From Convolutriloba macropyga (lineage: Eukaryota), in contig NC_134474.1 in assembly GCF_964194025.1 (NCBI RefSeq), positions 1 to 64,000 of the forward strand: a DNA stretch of 64,000 nucleotides. The letters are read 5' to 3'. The notes beneath the pieces were generated by a model, which was not told the DNA's origin, made no database searches, and worked only from the letters and a program-made list of their open reading frames with translations. This document shows, piece by piece, positions 63,959 to 64,000 of the stretch. The translations under genes and the position numbers were made by a program. Each line of letters starts with the position of its first letter. Within the stretch, counting starts at the first letter, position 1.

Positions 63959-64000
63959 GTACCATAAGGGGAGGGGGGCAATACGTTATATGGCCAGTAA

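Overview
AT-rich eukaryotic (probably invertebrate animal) DNA made up almost entirely of transposable elements and tandem arrays. I found no prokaryotic operon, CRISPR array, rRNA or intact tRNA gene. Left to right: (1) a GT microsatellite and two candidate minus-strand terminal exons; (2) a Mag-like Ty3/Gypsy LTR retrotransposon (1884-6318) inserted with a GTATT target-site duplication into a 37-bp minisatellite, with a full 497-bp 5' LTR but only an identical 81-bp 3' LTR stub, three frameshifts and a deleted integrase catalytic Asp; (3) a three-copy ~2.27-kb tandem array with a candidate spliced micro-ORF; (4) a dispersed ~160-bp MITE family; (5) three decayed CR1/L2-type LINEs; (6) non-autonomous Helitron2/Helentron-type elements with asymmetric terminal inverted repeats and terminal hairpins (29236-31650, 33396-36960); (7) an unidentified decayed, internally duplicated region (~41-48.7 kb); (8) a seven-copy ~940-bp tandem array showing polarity and patchwork homogenisation; (9) a decayed BEL/Pao element with a 1.22-kb tandem duplication; (10) a tRNA-derived SINE candidate. 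I cannot demonstrate a new biological system from the sequence alone. The best leads are the asymmetric-LTR Gypsy, the Helitron2-like family and the two tandem arrays. All alignments were done by eye.
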